From assembly GCA_964106645.2 (NCBI GenBank), contig OZ067038.1: a stretch of 64,000 bases of DNA. One strand, given 5' to 3'. Numbering within the stretch: position 1 is the stretch's first letter; each line of letters opens with the position of its first letter. The DNA comes from Podarcis pityusensis (taxonomy: Eukaryota). Position numbers and translations under genes: made by a program. Positions 13,396 to 26,236 of the stretch are shown in pieces. The notes beneath the pieces were generated by a model, which saw only the letters and a program-made list of their open reading frames with translations, searched no databases and was not told where the DNA came from.

Positions 13396-13692
13396 CAGTG
13401 GTGCCTCGCAAGACGAAATTAATCCGTTCCGCGAGTCTCTTCGTCTTGCGGTTTCTTCGTCTTGCGAAGCACGGCTATTAGCGGCTTAGTGGCTATTAGC
13501 GGCTTAGCGGCTATTAACGGCTTAGCGGCTTTAAGAAAAAGGAAACAAACTCGCAAGAACTCGCAAGACGTTTCGTCTTGCGAAGCAAGCCCATAGGGAA
13601 ATTCGTCTTGCGGAACGACTCAAAAAACGGAAAACTCTTTCGTCTAGTGAGTTTTTCGCCTTGCGAGGCATTCGTCTTGCGGGGCAACACTG
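13396..13692. mobile_element. Tigger-like MITE with internal minisatellite
   Basis: TIRs CAGTGGTGCCTCGCAAGACGAA / TTCGTCTTGCGGGGCAACACTG, TA flanks; repeated TTCGTCTTGCG motif; (GCGGCTATTAGCGGCTTA)n at ~13471-13530. Confidence 0.88.
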
Positions 13693-14483
13693 TAGTCCCA
13701 CCTAGAAAACATTCTAACTTCCAAATAAAGCTCTGTTTGTCAGCTATCAGCCAAGTGGATGTGTCCAAGCTTGATTTTAAAAAAATACATTCTGCAGTAT
13801 TTCTGAATTAGACAATCTCAAAAATATTTCAAGTACATATACCAGTACTTTGGTCTTGGGAGTTTTGACTTTCCCTGCAAGGATCTATTGTCATAGCTGG
13901 CAAGGTGCTAGGACCAAGAGCTTTGGCACAGTCAGAGAGAATATGGCCTGCATCTTCACTCATCCCACCAAATTTAAATTTTGTGACCAAAATTTCATCT
14001 TTCATGAATAAGGCTGCATGGCTGATATTCATGAGAGAGCTCTTCTCTGCACAGTTGTGAAGGTCCAGTGATGGTAACCAGCTGAGGATAACATTTGAGT
14101 TCCAAGACGGAATTAATCAAGGAATGGGACAAAAACATATCCATGTGTTTCCCAGAGACACTGATTTAATAAAGCTGCAGACTGTCTACTGACTGAGTCC
14201 AGAAAATTTCCTTTTGTACTGTTTCTAAATCTGTGTTTTCAATTTCTTTTGGGTCTACACTGCGATCAATAGCCTTCATCCTTTCTATTCCCAGAATTCA
14301 AATACATAAGGGTTTATATGTCTTTGCTTCTGCAGTAATATTATTCACAACATACATCTTAGACAACCACCATGCCTGGCAGGTCATACAGCAACAAATT
14401 CATCATTAATAGGATAGACGTTTTTCTAGGTTTAAAGTTTGAAACTACCCAGAGACCTTTCAGTATGAGTACAACTGAGAAAA

Positions 14484-14530
<47 letters not shown>
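14484..14530. repeat. Compound (CA)n(GA)n microsatellite
   Basis: Direct reading. Confidence 0.95.
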
Positions 14531-14534
<4 letters not shown>

Positions 14535-15576
14535 ATTCAAAGTTTACAACTTTCTTCCATAATACATAACATAAGTGCTAGCTAGCTCTTATGTTCCCAT
14601 GGTTATTGCCATAATGTTTTTATAACCAGAACGTAAGCAAGATTTTTTTAAAAATAAAAATAAAATGTGTGTGCCTGCTATTTTGCCAAGTGAATTCTCT
14701 TCACCTCCCCCCCACCATTGCCACTTCAGGGGGGAAAGGGGACAAAGATAAATGTGCAGATCCCTTTATAATTAAAATTCCAACCACAATACAGTGCATG
14801 AAAGTGCATTTATCACCCTTCTGAATGCAGTAAGAATGATTTAGAAAATATTTTATCCTTTACTGTCTTTCATTTGAAGTGAAAGCACAATTTATTTAGG
14901 ATGGATACACAGCAGAATTCTTAAATGCAGCCAATCTCTCTAGCCACATCAGAATAAGCTACAAATCTGAGCTAGGAAAGATTACAGCTGCTAGGGCTGT
15001 GCATCTTTTAAAATGATTGAAATCCCAGCAGACACTGCTGCAACAGGTCTAGAAATGTGCTGGTGAGAAGGAGAAAGCCTGTACCACATTATTCCTCTTC
15101 GGCCCTGTAAAAGGGGAGGTCACAGCTTAATTTTTAAAGGGATCAAGAAACCATTATGAAGAACAAGACTAGGTTAAGGGTCCCTTGACAGCTGCTCAAG
15201 TCGGGGAACCTACAAGCCTTTAAAGGATTTTGCATCTTGGTTTGTAAACAGTATGATACCAGTTAAGGCAAACATTTTAGATACTTTAAGACTTATTCAT
15301 CTGGATAAGCCCATCATACATCAGTTTGGAGCATAGTTTCCACAGGGATAAGCGGTCACTGTTCAGCAAAGACAAGTAGGTATCAGTTACCTAACGCGCC
15401 CCCCCAACACCAACCTAACCTTAAAACCTAAGACATAGGAACATGGAAGCTGGGCAACATCAAGGCTGAGCAGGAAGCAAGGCAAGAAACAAATGAAGGC
15501 TTAGTAAACTAGCAACCATGTGCAGGCTGTTCTTTATGCACAGGCAACTGCTTCAGGTCGGCAAAAAGGTTTAGAA

Positions 15577-16134
15577 CAATGGTTTCCAAGTACTGTGGAC
15601 CCCCTGTTTTTCAAAAGCCAAGCCATGGACCCCATACTTTTGAAATTGTTGATATCTCTATGGTAGTTTTTGTTATGTGGATGGTATATCGCCCAGGACT
15701 GGTATGAGGAGCAGACCGCAAAGTCGGTTTCACTCAGTGGTATATTCTGCTCCTGAGTCCCTCTGCTAGCAGCGTCCAATGGAGGAAGTCAAGAGTTTGC
15801 ATTCACATGCAAACGTTGAGAGCACGGGGCTGTCTCAGCTGGGAGGGGGGAACATTCCCTCACCCCAGCTGAGCAGCGCAAACAAGTTGCATTGTCCCAG
15901 CCTGCAAGCCTGGGTGAAACCACCTCAGCTCATGAGGTGAGAGCTTGGGCAGTTTCACCCGGTGTCTCGTGGACAGAGGCCAATGCATCTTGTTTTTTCA
16001 ACATTACGGTATATCGCCAAACCGCAATGTTGAAAAGCTGACATCCCCCAGCCCTAGTGAATGGTGCCACGGACCCCCTGAGGTGGGTTACACAGAGCCC
16101 TTGGGGTCCGCAGACCACTAATTAGGAACCACTG
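15577..16134. mobile_element. hAT-type MITE, probably composite with a nested second element
   Basis: Ends CAATGGTTTCCAA / TAGGAACCACTG, imperfect 8-bp TSD GTTTAGAA/ATTTAGAC, GGACCCC subterminal motifs; internal terminus-like CCCAGCCCTAG near 16047-16057. Confidence 0.6.
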
Positions 16135-16757
16135 ATTTAGACAACAGGAACTGGAACCACGCACAGAGAAAAAGGTGGTGGAAGGGAAGGGGTTACTGGG
16201 CTAGGCTAAAAGGACATGGTGATGGTAATAGAGTAGGGCACCACTCACATGAGCCCAAGTACAGGTCTCCTAACAAGGAGAAAATGTGTATTCTCTTGAC
16301 TCTCTGCACACGGTTCATACCTGATATTTTATGTAGGGGTCAATGCCACTGGGGAAGGTTTGTGTATCATCCTATTCTTTGTTACAGCTAATTACATTCT
16401 TGATCACACACACTGTGTTTCACCAGACTGCTTTCCAACAAGGAGGGGCATGCTGCCAATATTTTTATTCGACTTTGTAAAAATACTCAAGATATGATCA
16501 CATTTTTCAGAGGCATCCCTTTCCTGCACTGAGATTTTACACAGATAATGGGAAAAGCATTGATTGAAAACACAACAAAAGGAAATGAAACACAGGAGAG
16601 CAAAATGATGAAACATCAGGATGAAAAATAAGTTATTCCACCTACACGTTATAGGTTTTTCACTGCCTTAGTGAATGTAACTGTTACCTACCAACTTCTC
16701 CCCCAAACCCTATGTTTTCAAATACGCAAAGAAGTGTTTTCAGCAAATAACCACATC

Positions 16758-17018
16758 CAGTGGACACTCAGGTTGCGAACGTGATCCGTGCAGGATGCAC
16801 GTTCACAACCCGCAGCATCTGCAACCCACAGCGGTTAATCTGCGCATGCGCAGGTTGCTATTCGGCGCTTCTGCACATTCGCAAAGCGCAATTTAGCGCT
16901 TCTGTGGATGCACGGCCGCTGAAACTCGGAAGTAACCTGTTCCGGTACTTACGGGTTTCAGCAATCCGCAACCCGAAAAAAACGCAACCTGAAGCATCTG
17001 TAACCCGAAGTATGACTG
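16758..17018. mobile_element. Tigger-like MITE
   Basis: Degenerate TIRs CAGTGGACACTCAGGTTGC / GTAACCCGAAGTATGACTG then TA; CpG-rich interior. Confidence 0.7.
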
Positions 17019-17525
17019 TATTCCTGATACTTATATTTTGTGGAGCAAGCAAAAGGATATACTATATCATACCTAGCAATCTGGTCTGTTTAAACTGACT
17101 TGGAAAAAACAATAAAGGAAAAGTAGAATAAACTTTGAGCTATACAGAAGACAATATTGCACATATGGAAACAAATCTGTTGTACAGGTAAACATTTTTT
17201 AAAAAAATATAGCTTATAGGAGAAATAAGTGAAGGATACATACAACAGAGCAATTTCCCCCCTGAATAACCAGCTCAAATGTGCTAAAGCAGAAGTGTCA
17301 CAAGACAAGTTACATTCTTCAAACAAAGTATTCAGGAGACAAAACAATTGTTTACTGCACTGGTTTATATTTAGGACAGAAATACATGCCACAAAACAAG
17401 CTTTTTGAGACGGCTGCTTTACTGAAACATTTTTTTAAAAATCCTGCTTGCAACAGCACAGTCTTCCAACTTCAAATACAGCACAGGGAGAAACATGCTC
17501 TGTCGGAGAACTTCAAAATACACTA

Positions 17526-17755
17526 CAGTGGTACCTCAGGTTACAAACACCTCAGGTTACAAACACTTCGGGTTACAGACTCCGCTAACCCAGAAGTAGT
17601 ACCTCGGGTTAAGACCTTTACCTCAGGATGAAAACAGAAATCGTGCAGCAGTGGTGCAGCAGCAGCAGGAGGCCCCATTAGCTAAAGTGGTACCTCAGGT
17701 TAAGAATGGTTTCAGGTTAAGAACGGACCACCGGAACGGACCAGAGGTGCCACTG
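17526..17755. mobile_element. Tigger-like MITE (~226-bp family)
   Basis: TA+CAGTGGTACCTC ... GAGGTGCCACTG; aligns to 18776 copy. Confidence 0.88.
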
Positions 17756-18775
17756 TTTGTGCAATTAGAAAGAAAATATGGCATACTGTAACAGAGAAGT
17801 CATGCTTATTTGTAGACAGACTTGATTTCTTTTTAAATACTTTATGGGTGCAATGTAGAAAGTCTTGTGGCCAGAATTCCACAAATCCATCCACCAAACC
17901 ATCCCTCCATCTCTGGCAAGCATGAGGAGGCTACTTCCTTCTCCCAGGTTTACAGGCAGGCGGAGGGGGAGGAAATGGTATCACCCTCTTAGTCATGCTG
18001 CACTTCAGAGGAGCTCTCAGCATCACAGAACTTCGCACAACAGAGACAAGCCTCTAGTCTCCATGTCAGAGACCCAACCCCTTCTCCATGCTGAGGGAGG
18101 GGCAGGGTCATAGATATGACCCCCAGAAATTCTGGCTGGCTACCAAAGCTTGCCAAAGTTGTGACAAACTGCATATGCACTCAGGCTACCAATTTATTTA
18201 TGTTTAAAGAGTGGCCAAGCAAGCTGCTTGGTATCCTGTCTGGAATTTCAAAAGCCATTTGTGGTTTATTACAAGTACTGTGAACAAGAAAGCATGTCAT
18301 GAAGTTATACTTTGAGCACCCATTCAGGAGAGGAGGGGGCAAGATGGATGGAGAGGGAGATTGAGATTTACTAAGACAGGGTTGTATCCAATGGTGGAAA
18401 GGCTTCTGTCAGTGGAACTAAAAGGGAAGCAATTTTTGGTGATCCTTCTTTAGCCCTGCAGCTCCCTGCACCCCTCCTAAATGTGATCTAGAGGGTTGAT
18501 GGTGCTCTAGAGCAGTTTTAGGGGAAGCTGCAAAGGAAAGGGAGAATCACAGAAAATTGCTTCACTTCCCACTGCACTGGCTTACCATCAGTTGAATAAC
18601 ACCATTGGATACAACCCACAGATATTTTGGAAAATATATATCTGAATCCTGGCTGCTTGGCCTTTGGGTAGGCCAGGAGGGAGGGAAAGGGGCTAGCTAC
18701 CAGTATGAAGCCCTTTGCTATAAAGGAGAAGTGAAGCTTTACGTGAAGTCTGGGCAGGTTCCAGAGAAGGAAGTA

Positions 18776-19001
18776 CAGTGGTACCTCAGGTTACATACGC
18801 TTCAGGTTACAGACTCTGTTAACCCAGAAATAGTGCTTCAGGTTAAGAACTTTGCTTCAGGATGAGAACAGAAATCCTGCTCCGGCGACGCGGCAGCAGC
18901 AGGAGGCCCCATTAGCTAAAGTGGTGCTTCAGGTTAAGAACAGTTTCAGGTTAAGAACGGATCTCCGGAACGAATTAAGTACTTAACCAGAGGTACCACT
19001 G
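18776..19001. mobile_element. Tigger-like MITE (~226-bp family)
   Basis: TIRs CAGTGGTACCTC / GAGGTACCACTG with TA flanks. Confidence 0.9.
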
Positions 19002-19094
19002 TATAATTTTTTTAAGATGTGGCAAGCTTGGTCAGGTAGTAGTGAATAAAATGAAGTTATTAAATATGGCCATTCTATCAAGGAGTGGTAATTT

Positions 19095-19185
19095 AAAACA
19101 CGGTGATTCCCGGACCATCCGCGGGCTGGACTGAGAAGGTGACTGGGCAGTATCCAGCCCCCGGGCCTTAGTTTGCCTACCCATG
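19095..19185. mobile_element. hAT MITE terminal fragment
   Basis: Matches right end of the 63325-63570 element (GGGCCTTAGTTTGCCTACCCATG). Confidence 0.75.
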
Positions 19186-20894
19186 ATCTAGTTCATCAGA
19201 AATCCTGGCACTGGTTCCAACTAAGTGTCAAATGCTGCACAACAAAACAAAGCTGTGAATCTAGTAAGAGACTGGGATCAAGTGTGCCACTTACAGACAA
19301 CAGGAGAAGCCAAGCCCTGCTCATCTATTGTCAAAAGGTAGACATTTAAGAAAAACAACTCCAGATGGCTCAGGCTGTTTATACCATTAGTTACAATATA
19401 AATGAGCATGTAATGAAAGATACTCAAATGAACTCCAAATCCAGAAATGTTTATCGATATTTCAGTTTAGTAAACTAAATGTGGCATGCTTTAAAAAAGC
19501 AAAAGTTTCAGCTGCTAGGTAGGAGGGGGTTGCGAAATCCAAATCAGGGGCTCTAAAAATACCAAAATCTCCTTTTGCTTATCTTGCCCTGTTTTACTTT
19601 GGTAGAAACCTCAAATGGGTGGGGGGGGAGAGAAATGATAAATACCTTTCACAAGAGGAACCCAGTGATGTCATCGTTTAGATCTGCGTAATATATATCT
19701 GCATAATACTTTCTTTTCTTTTTATACTTTTCTCAGAGCTGCAACCTTTTTGGCTAGAACTGAAATGCATCACAACTCTGAAAACAGCCCCTCCATTTTC
19801 TTTTTCTTTAATGTTAAATTATAGATCTGCTGTACAAAACGGGTTTAAATTTCTTACAAAGTTCAAGTATGACACAGAAGGCCGCCTACACAGCAGAGAA
19901 AGTGATAAAAACCACTTGCCGAACTGGGTAAAAAACACAATAGTGTAGGCGTATATGGAAGCGAGAAGGAAGAAAACTGAACTCTATTGTAGCCTCTCTC
20001 CTCCCTCCTCAAACAGGCTTCACAAACATGGGTAACTGGTTGCCTGGAAACAAAAGGAGCTAACCCTTTAGTCCAAACAGGCATCACACGATAAAGCCAA
20101 GGACAACTCATATGAAACACATGAAGCAATCAGAAAGAATCAGACACAGTCCTGGCAATCCTATAGGCACGCCACAATTGTGGCCCACATACCCCAGTCT
20201 TAATATCTGCATTGCTTTTTGTTAGGATGCTATAGGGAACACTGCAACTCTGACAGCCATTCCCCAAGCACCCATAATAATCAGCTGCAGAGAACAAGGC
20301 AACATTTCCCTCAGATCAGTCATGCATGGGCTATGCAAATCCATACAGAGAGACACCGCCAATGTGTGTCACCACCACACACAAGCCAGCCAGAGATACC
20401 TCACTGCCCTTCAGTGCATGAGTCACTGTGGGGTCACTTACAACTGAGAGTCTCCAGGAATCCCTGTGGACACAGGAGTGATTCTCCTTATACCACTCTC
20501 AGTGAGTGTTAATAAGTACCCCTTTGACTGCACAATACGAAGGGAAGGACAGGTGGTATACCCAAAGAGATCACTTAGGAGGTGGCCTGCACCACAAACC
20601 TAATAGCAAATGAGAGCAGTAAAACAGGTGACCAAGTATGGTATAAACGTGTCATGTTTCTACAGTGTGTTGGTAGCTTTAAATTGTTTTACTGTAGGCC
20701 AACCACTAAGGTTGGTTCTCCAGAAAATTCTGAACTGTAAAACATAACCTATGAAAATTAGGGTTATTTGCATCAGAAAACTTACTGATGCCTCTAGAGC
20801 AGGAAGGAGGAACCTACTTGTGGTCCTCCAGGTCTTATTGACCTACAACAATACCCCCACCATACACAGTTTAAAACACCATGGATTGCTTAAC

Positions 20895-21085
20895 TAGCCA
20901 AAGGCCAGGGAGAAGAAGAATGTTTTTGCCTGGTGCCTAAAGATATGTAAGGAAGGTGCCAGACAAGCCCCCCTGGGGAGAGCCACCGCTGAAAAGTCTG
21001 TTTTCATGTTGCCACCTCTGGACCTCTCGCAGAAGAGGCACACAAATAAGGGTTTCAGATGATGATCACAGGGTCCAGGTCAGTT
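20895..21085 (-). mobile_element. Older L2-like fragment
   Basis: GAATGTTTTTGCCTGGTGCCTAAA...GGTGCCAG...GGGAGAG...GAAAAG pattern resembles a minus-strand L2 ORF2 3' region; diverged. Confidence 0.5.
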
Positions 21086-21900
21086 CATACGGTTCATTCC
21101 ATCATCCCTGATCATTGGTTCTCCATCCCAGCCTTTGAGAGTGATCTAATTTAGCACGTCTATTTTACAGGCATTTATTAAACAAACCTAAAAATGGTGA
21201 AAGTGCCAAGCTTTCTTAATATTGTATTTGCAACTGGCATCTGGTTCATTGTTGCAACCAAACTTTTAAAATGGCAAATTCTCCACAGAAAAATAAAGCA
21301 CTGGAAAGCTTTCCTCACATCTGCAGATGTTGGTGGACTCCCATCATCCCTGATTAGTAGCCATGCTGGTTGAGGCTGATAGGAGTTGGAATTTAACAAC
21401 ACCTAGAGGGTAACAAGTTCTCCATTTCTGGCAGCAAACATACTTACTGATTAGGCTATAACAAAAATGGGTACAAGTTTCAAATAAGCATATCAGAAAT
21501 GATCTAGGGCACAATGGTAACTGTGTGGAGGAGGAGGAGATGATGGTGATGATTCTGTAGTTGGATAATACAACTTTAAAATGATAATGAAAAGCATTGG
21601 CCTACATACTCATAATGTAATTTTTAATCATGTTCACAACCATCACTGTTTATTACTATCTATTATTCTTACTGCAGGCATAACAAGACTGAACACAGTA
21701 ATTAAGAATATCCTAAGATTTTGTGGGGGGGGGGGGGGACTACCATACATGTTTGGTTTACCACAAATTTACCCAACTGCATACCAAGAATTCTGCTCTG
21801 TTTGTGGCACACAAAACAAAGTGTACATTATACAGGGAAGATCAGACTAAATAACTGGTGAATTCCCTAGCTGCAGGTACAATGAGGCTAACAGCACTTA

Positions 21901-22187
21901 CCGTATTTTTCGCTCTATAAGACGCACCTGACCATAAGACGCACCTAGTTTTTAGAGGAGGAAAGCCTCTTGAGCGAAGGGGGAGGAGCGCTCCGGCTGC
22001 ACTCAAGAAGCTTTGCATGACTATCGCTGAAGCCAGAAGAACAAGGGGAATCACTGCGCACCGATCCCTCTCACTCTTCTGGCTTCAGCGATAGCTGTGC
22101 AGCCTGCATTCGCTCCATAAGACGCACACACATTTCCCCTTACTTTTTAGGAGGGGAAAAGTGCGTCTTATAGGGCGAAAAATACAG
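21901..22187. mobile_element. TcMar-Tc2 (Kanga-like) MITE
   Basis: TIRs CCGTATTTTTCGCTCTATAAGACGCAC / GTGCGTCTTATAGGGCGAAAAATACAG, TA flanks; internal 20-bp inverted repeat CTATCGCTGAAGCCAGAAGA. Confidence 0.9.
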
Positions 22188-22549
22188 TAGTTGTTGGATG
22201 GTGGCAGGACTAGACCATAACAGCTGGGAAACTCAGGAGCATTCCTAGACTACATCAACAGCTAGAGCATGTGGACAGGCTAGAACATGGTATTAGATGC
22301 CTACATCAAACATATGCAAAAGGTAGCAAATGTAGAGGAAAGAGAACAGTTTGAAGTAGAGAGCTGATCTTGCAATAAGATTGCCTAGTAACTGACAGCT
22401 TCCTTCACAGTCTATGAAAACAAAACTGATCTGTTCCATTTGCTGGAGGAACATATTGCATCCATTAAAAAAGCAAACCTGTGTGCAGTAGTTTGCGGGG
22501 GTCCAAATCCTATGCTCACCCAGCAGAAAGGACAAAAGTTCACACAAGG

Positions 22550-23104
22550 GAAGAAGGATAGAACTTTCTTTATGTATGCTACAACAGCAGCAAGAATACT
22601 TATTGCAAAGTACTGGAAGACACAAGACCTACCCACCCTGGAAGAATGGCAGATGAAGGTGATGGACTATATGGAATTGGCGGAAATGACTGGCAGAATC
22701 CGAGACCAGGGAGAAGAGTCGGTGGAAGAAGACTGGAAAAGGTTTAAAGACTATTTACAGAAATATTGCAAAATTAATGAATGTTAGAATGATGTTGGAT
22801 AGAAATTAAGTGGTTTTTAGCTGTAATATTATAAGGGAATATGAAAAATGGATTATTATTAGGTAAAAATTTAATGTTACAATATTTTAAGATTAAAGAC
22901 TAGGATAAACAAAGAGGGGAAGGATTTGCTGAACTAACAAACTGAATTGGAATACAAAAAAGGGAGGCGCGAGGAGGTCCAGGAAACAAGCAAATGAAAG
23001 ATAAGTAACGGAAAGATTGAGTTGTTTTTAATTACTTTTATTTTGTATTTTTCTTTTTTCTTTTTGTAATATTTTGAAAATTTTAATAAATATCTTTAAA
23101 AAAA
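22550..23104 (+). mobile_element. 5'-truncated L1-clade LINE (ORF2 C-terminus, 3' UTR, poly(A))
   Basis: ATTAARILIAKYWK...EEW...W..F..YL to stop at 22787; AATAAA and A-tail; exact 16-bp TSD AAAAGTTCACACAAGG (22534-22549, 23105-23120). Confidence 0.9.
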
Positions 23105-23454
23105 AAAAGTTCACACAAGGAAGCTGACACGTCTAATGATGTTTCATCCATCTAATGCAGCATGTACTGGGCACCAAATGTTCATGGTCAGATGGGACTG
23201 TGTCCAACGTCCAACACATTCCAGACAAATGCCCCAGGTACACTGCAGCATATAAAACTGCAACCACTTTGGGCTCAAGGAAATCATAGGTATTAACTAT
23301 GTTTCATGTGTTCACTGGCTGTGATGTGACCATATTCTTTGCCAAGAATAGCAAAAAGTCAGCTTGGGACACTTGGAACAAATTTATTGATGTCACAGGT
23401 GCACTTCTGATATTGGCATAAGCCTCAGCACTATCCCTGACAATTTCATGGTGC

Positions 23455-23502
<48 letters not shown>

Positions 23503-23550
23503 TTATTATTTGTACCCCGCCCATCTGGCTGGGTTTCCCCAGCCACTCTG
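23455..23550 (-). mobile_element. L2 3' terminus with (AAT)n tail
   Basis: (AAT)n followed by TACCCCGCCCATCTGGCTGGGTTTCCCCAGCCACTCTG, as at 47237. Confidence 0.85.
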
Positions 23551-23639
23551 TTGAAAACTTTGCAGGACCTCTGTATGACAGAATCAGTAGATTGTATAAA
23601 GTCAATGAGAACAGGCAGCAGCTGTTTTCAAAGTCACAA

Positions 23640-23815
23640 TACTATTGATCTGGTCTAGGGAACCACCCACAAACAGGGCCTCAGTCTTATCTGAACTGAG
23701 CTTCAGTTTGTTGGCTCTCATCCAACCCATTACTAATGCAAGATAACAGTCAAGCAGATCCACTGCCACACCTGGAGATGGTAATGGAGAAATACAGCTG
23801 CGCGTCATCATTTAT
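23640..23815 (-). mobile_element. Old L2 RT fragment
   Basis: Minus frame WMRANKLKLSSDKTEAL, typical of L2 ORF2. Confidence 0.75.
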
Positions 23816-24539
23816 GACAACCAAAGAAGTTTCTATGTGAAAACTGGGCCTAAACCCTGACTGAAATAGATATAGAAAATCTGTTTCCCCCAAGAGTACC
23901 TGGATCTGGTCTGCAACTCAAGAATCTTGTCCAAAAAGGGAACTGGCAACTGGTTGGTGATTATGTATGTGTGTTTGTGTATGTATTTCTGCTACTGAAT
24001 TATTATTGTTTTATTATTTATTGAATTTATATAGTACATTATATAATATAATATATAATTATATAGTACATTATGAACATACACGTCCCCTTGTTTTATG
24101 TTCACTGTTTATACACATACATTCTATATGTCTTTTAATTAGCATCACCATTGAAAACATTCTCTTGATTCAAAGTATATTTACTTAGGAGCAAACAGTG
24201 TAAAAATTAAAATTCATTTATTTCAGAATGGGTGTGAGAGTGCATCCATATGAAATATTTAGACATGGTTCATAACAGGTTTGATGCTTTTAACCCAAAG
24301 TGCATATATGGCCAATAATCTTGACTTAACTGCTGCACCATTTGGATGGGCAACTAACTGAGGAGAGAGAGTTTACAGTGGGCAGATAGTTCACAAACAC
24401 ATAAAAATTAAGACTCTTGCAGCACAATTGTATGTTATGCAAATACTGTATATAACAAATGTGTCCTGCAGCCAAAATGGTGTCCTCAGCTTGTTAGTTT
24501 TGTAGGGTATGAAGCATTATATGCATTATGCCACATATA

Positions 24540-25251
24540 CCGTATTTTTCGCACCATAGGACACACCGGACAATAAGACGCACCTTGTTTTAGAGGGGGG
24601 AGAACAAGAAAAAAAATTCTCCCCCTCTCTGCCCAGCGAAGAGGCGCTGCGCAGAGAGGGGGAGAACTTTCCCCCTCTTGTTTTCCCGCTCTAAAACAAG
24701 GTGCCGTTTAAGGTGCGTTCAGGCGGCTACCTTGGAAGCCTGGAGAGCGAGAGGGGTCGGTGTGCACTGACCCCTCTCGCTCTCCAGGCTTCAGGTTCCT
24801 TTCGACCTGCTCTTTGGGGCTGGCGGGGGGAAGCCCACCACCAGCTCCAAAGAGCAGGTCAGGGAGCAGCGGAAAGGCGCAGTGGAGAGGCTGCTGCCAT
24901 AGTCGCGCGTCACCTCTCCAGCTGGGAGAGGGTCGCGGGGGGCTTTTTTAGCCCCGCGCGCGCTCTCCCAGCTGGAGAGGTGACGCGTGGCTATAGAGGC
25001 TCCTGCCATAGCCGCGCGTCACCTCTCCAGCCGGGAGAGGGTCTTGGGGTTATGGCTTCTTTAGCCCCCCGCGTGCTCTCCCGGCTGGAGAGGTGACGCG
25101 CGGCTATAGAGGCTCCTTCCATAGCCGCGTGTCACCTCTCCAGCCGGGTGAGGGTCGCGGGGCTATGGTGTCTTCGCTCCATAGGATGCACACACATTTC
25201 CCCTTCATTTTTGAAGGGGAAAAAGTGCGTCCTATAGAGCGAAAAATACGG
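24540..25251. mobile_element. TcMar-Tc2 (Kanga-like) MITE with internal palindromic tandem array
   Basis: TIRs CCGTATTTTTCGCACCATAGGACAC / GTGCGTCCTATAGAGCGAAAAATACGG, TA flanks; ~120-bp hairpin units at ~24895-25168. Confidence 0.9.
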
Positions 25252-26063
25252 TAACTTTCAAGAAGACAAAAGGAGTTATACTTTAGAAATTTTGCTGGGA
25301 AAAGGATAGCAAATATGTTATTAAGAAGGAATACTACCACCAGTGAAATAAAAAATTAATAAAAACATATGTGTTTGATAGCATGAGACCAACATTAGAA
25401 GGGTCTTTGAAAGACAGAAGTTATTTAAGTAGCTACCGAGTTAAGTCATTTAAACATTACTAGCAATCTATAGTCTATAGTTTGTACTTCTGAAATTCAT
25501 AGTTTCATTTGCAAAAAAAACTCCAACATCACTGCATATTACTTTTAATCATCATAATCTAATAATAGATTTCTCCATTCCCCTCAAAATACTATACTGG
25601 AGGTATCTTAGAGATCTGTCATCTGATAAGTTCATTGCTACTCACCATCAAAACAGCTTTGCTGTGCTAATATATTTTGGGAAGTTCATTAGTTGTTCAT
25701 CTGTTCTTTTCTCCTCCCCCTCATCCTAAGAGGCTGCCATAATACAACATACCATTTCCCCAGCATGAAAAAAATGTCAGGGATCCTGACCTTAACGCCA
25801 GGAAAAAATGGAATGGAAGCCAATAGTAGCAACCGCCATAGCGTTTTATCCTTTAAGCAAATCTCATCACAGCTGAACTGTGATTTTAGCAACAGTATTT
25901 CTTTATTACAACTATTGCTTAGCAGCAGTAGTAATGCATTAATGATACTGCATTGTTAAGTGAATAGCTAAAGATGGGACAAGGATGAAACAGAAGTCTC
26001 AGTTCTCTGATAATAAAAAAAATCCTTCCAGTAGCACCTTTAAGACCAACTAAGTTAGTTCTT

Positions 26064-26103
26064 GGTATGAGCTTTCGTGTGCAAGCACACTTCTTCAGAT
26101 ACC
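26064..26103 (-). ncRNA. Minimal type I hammerhead ribozyme motif (copy 1)
   Basis: Minus strand GGTAT-CTGAAGA-A-GTGTG(CTTG)CACAC-GAAA-GC-TC-ATACC: stem I, CUGANGA core, stem II, GAAA, UH cleavage site. Confidence 0.8.
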
Positions 26104-26236
26104 TTTCATTTCATGCGGCTCAATGTGGTGCCTTCCATGGTTCCAGTTACAGATAGGTAGCCGTGTTGGTCTGCCATAGTCAAAATAAAAAAAATCCTTC
26201 CAGTAGCACCTTTAAGACCAACTAAGTTAGTTCTTG

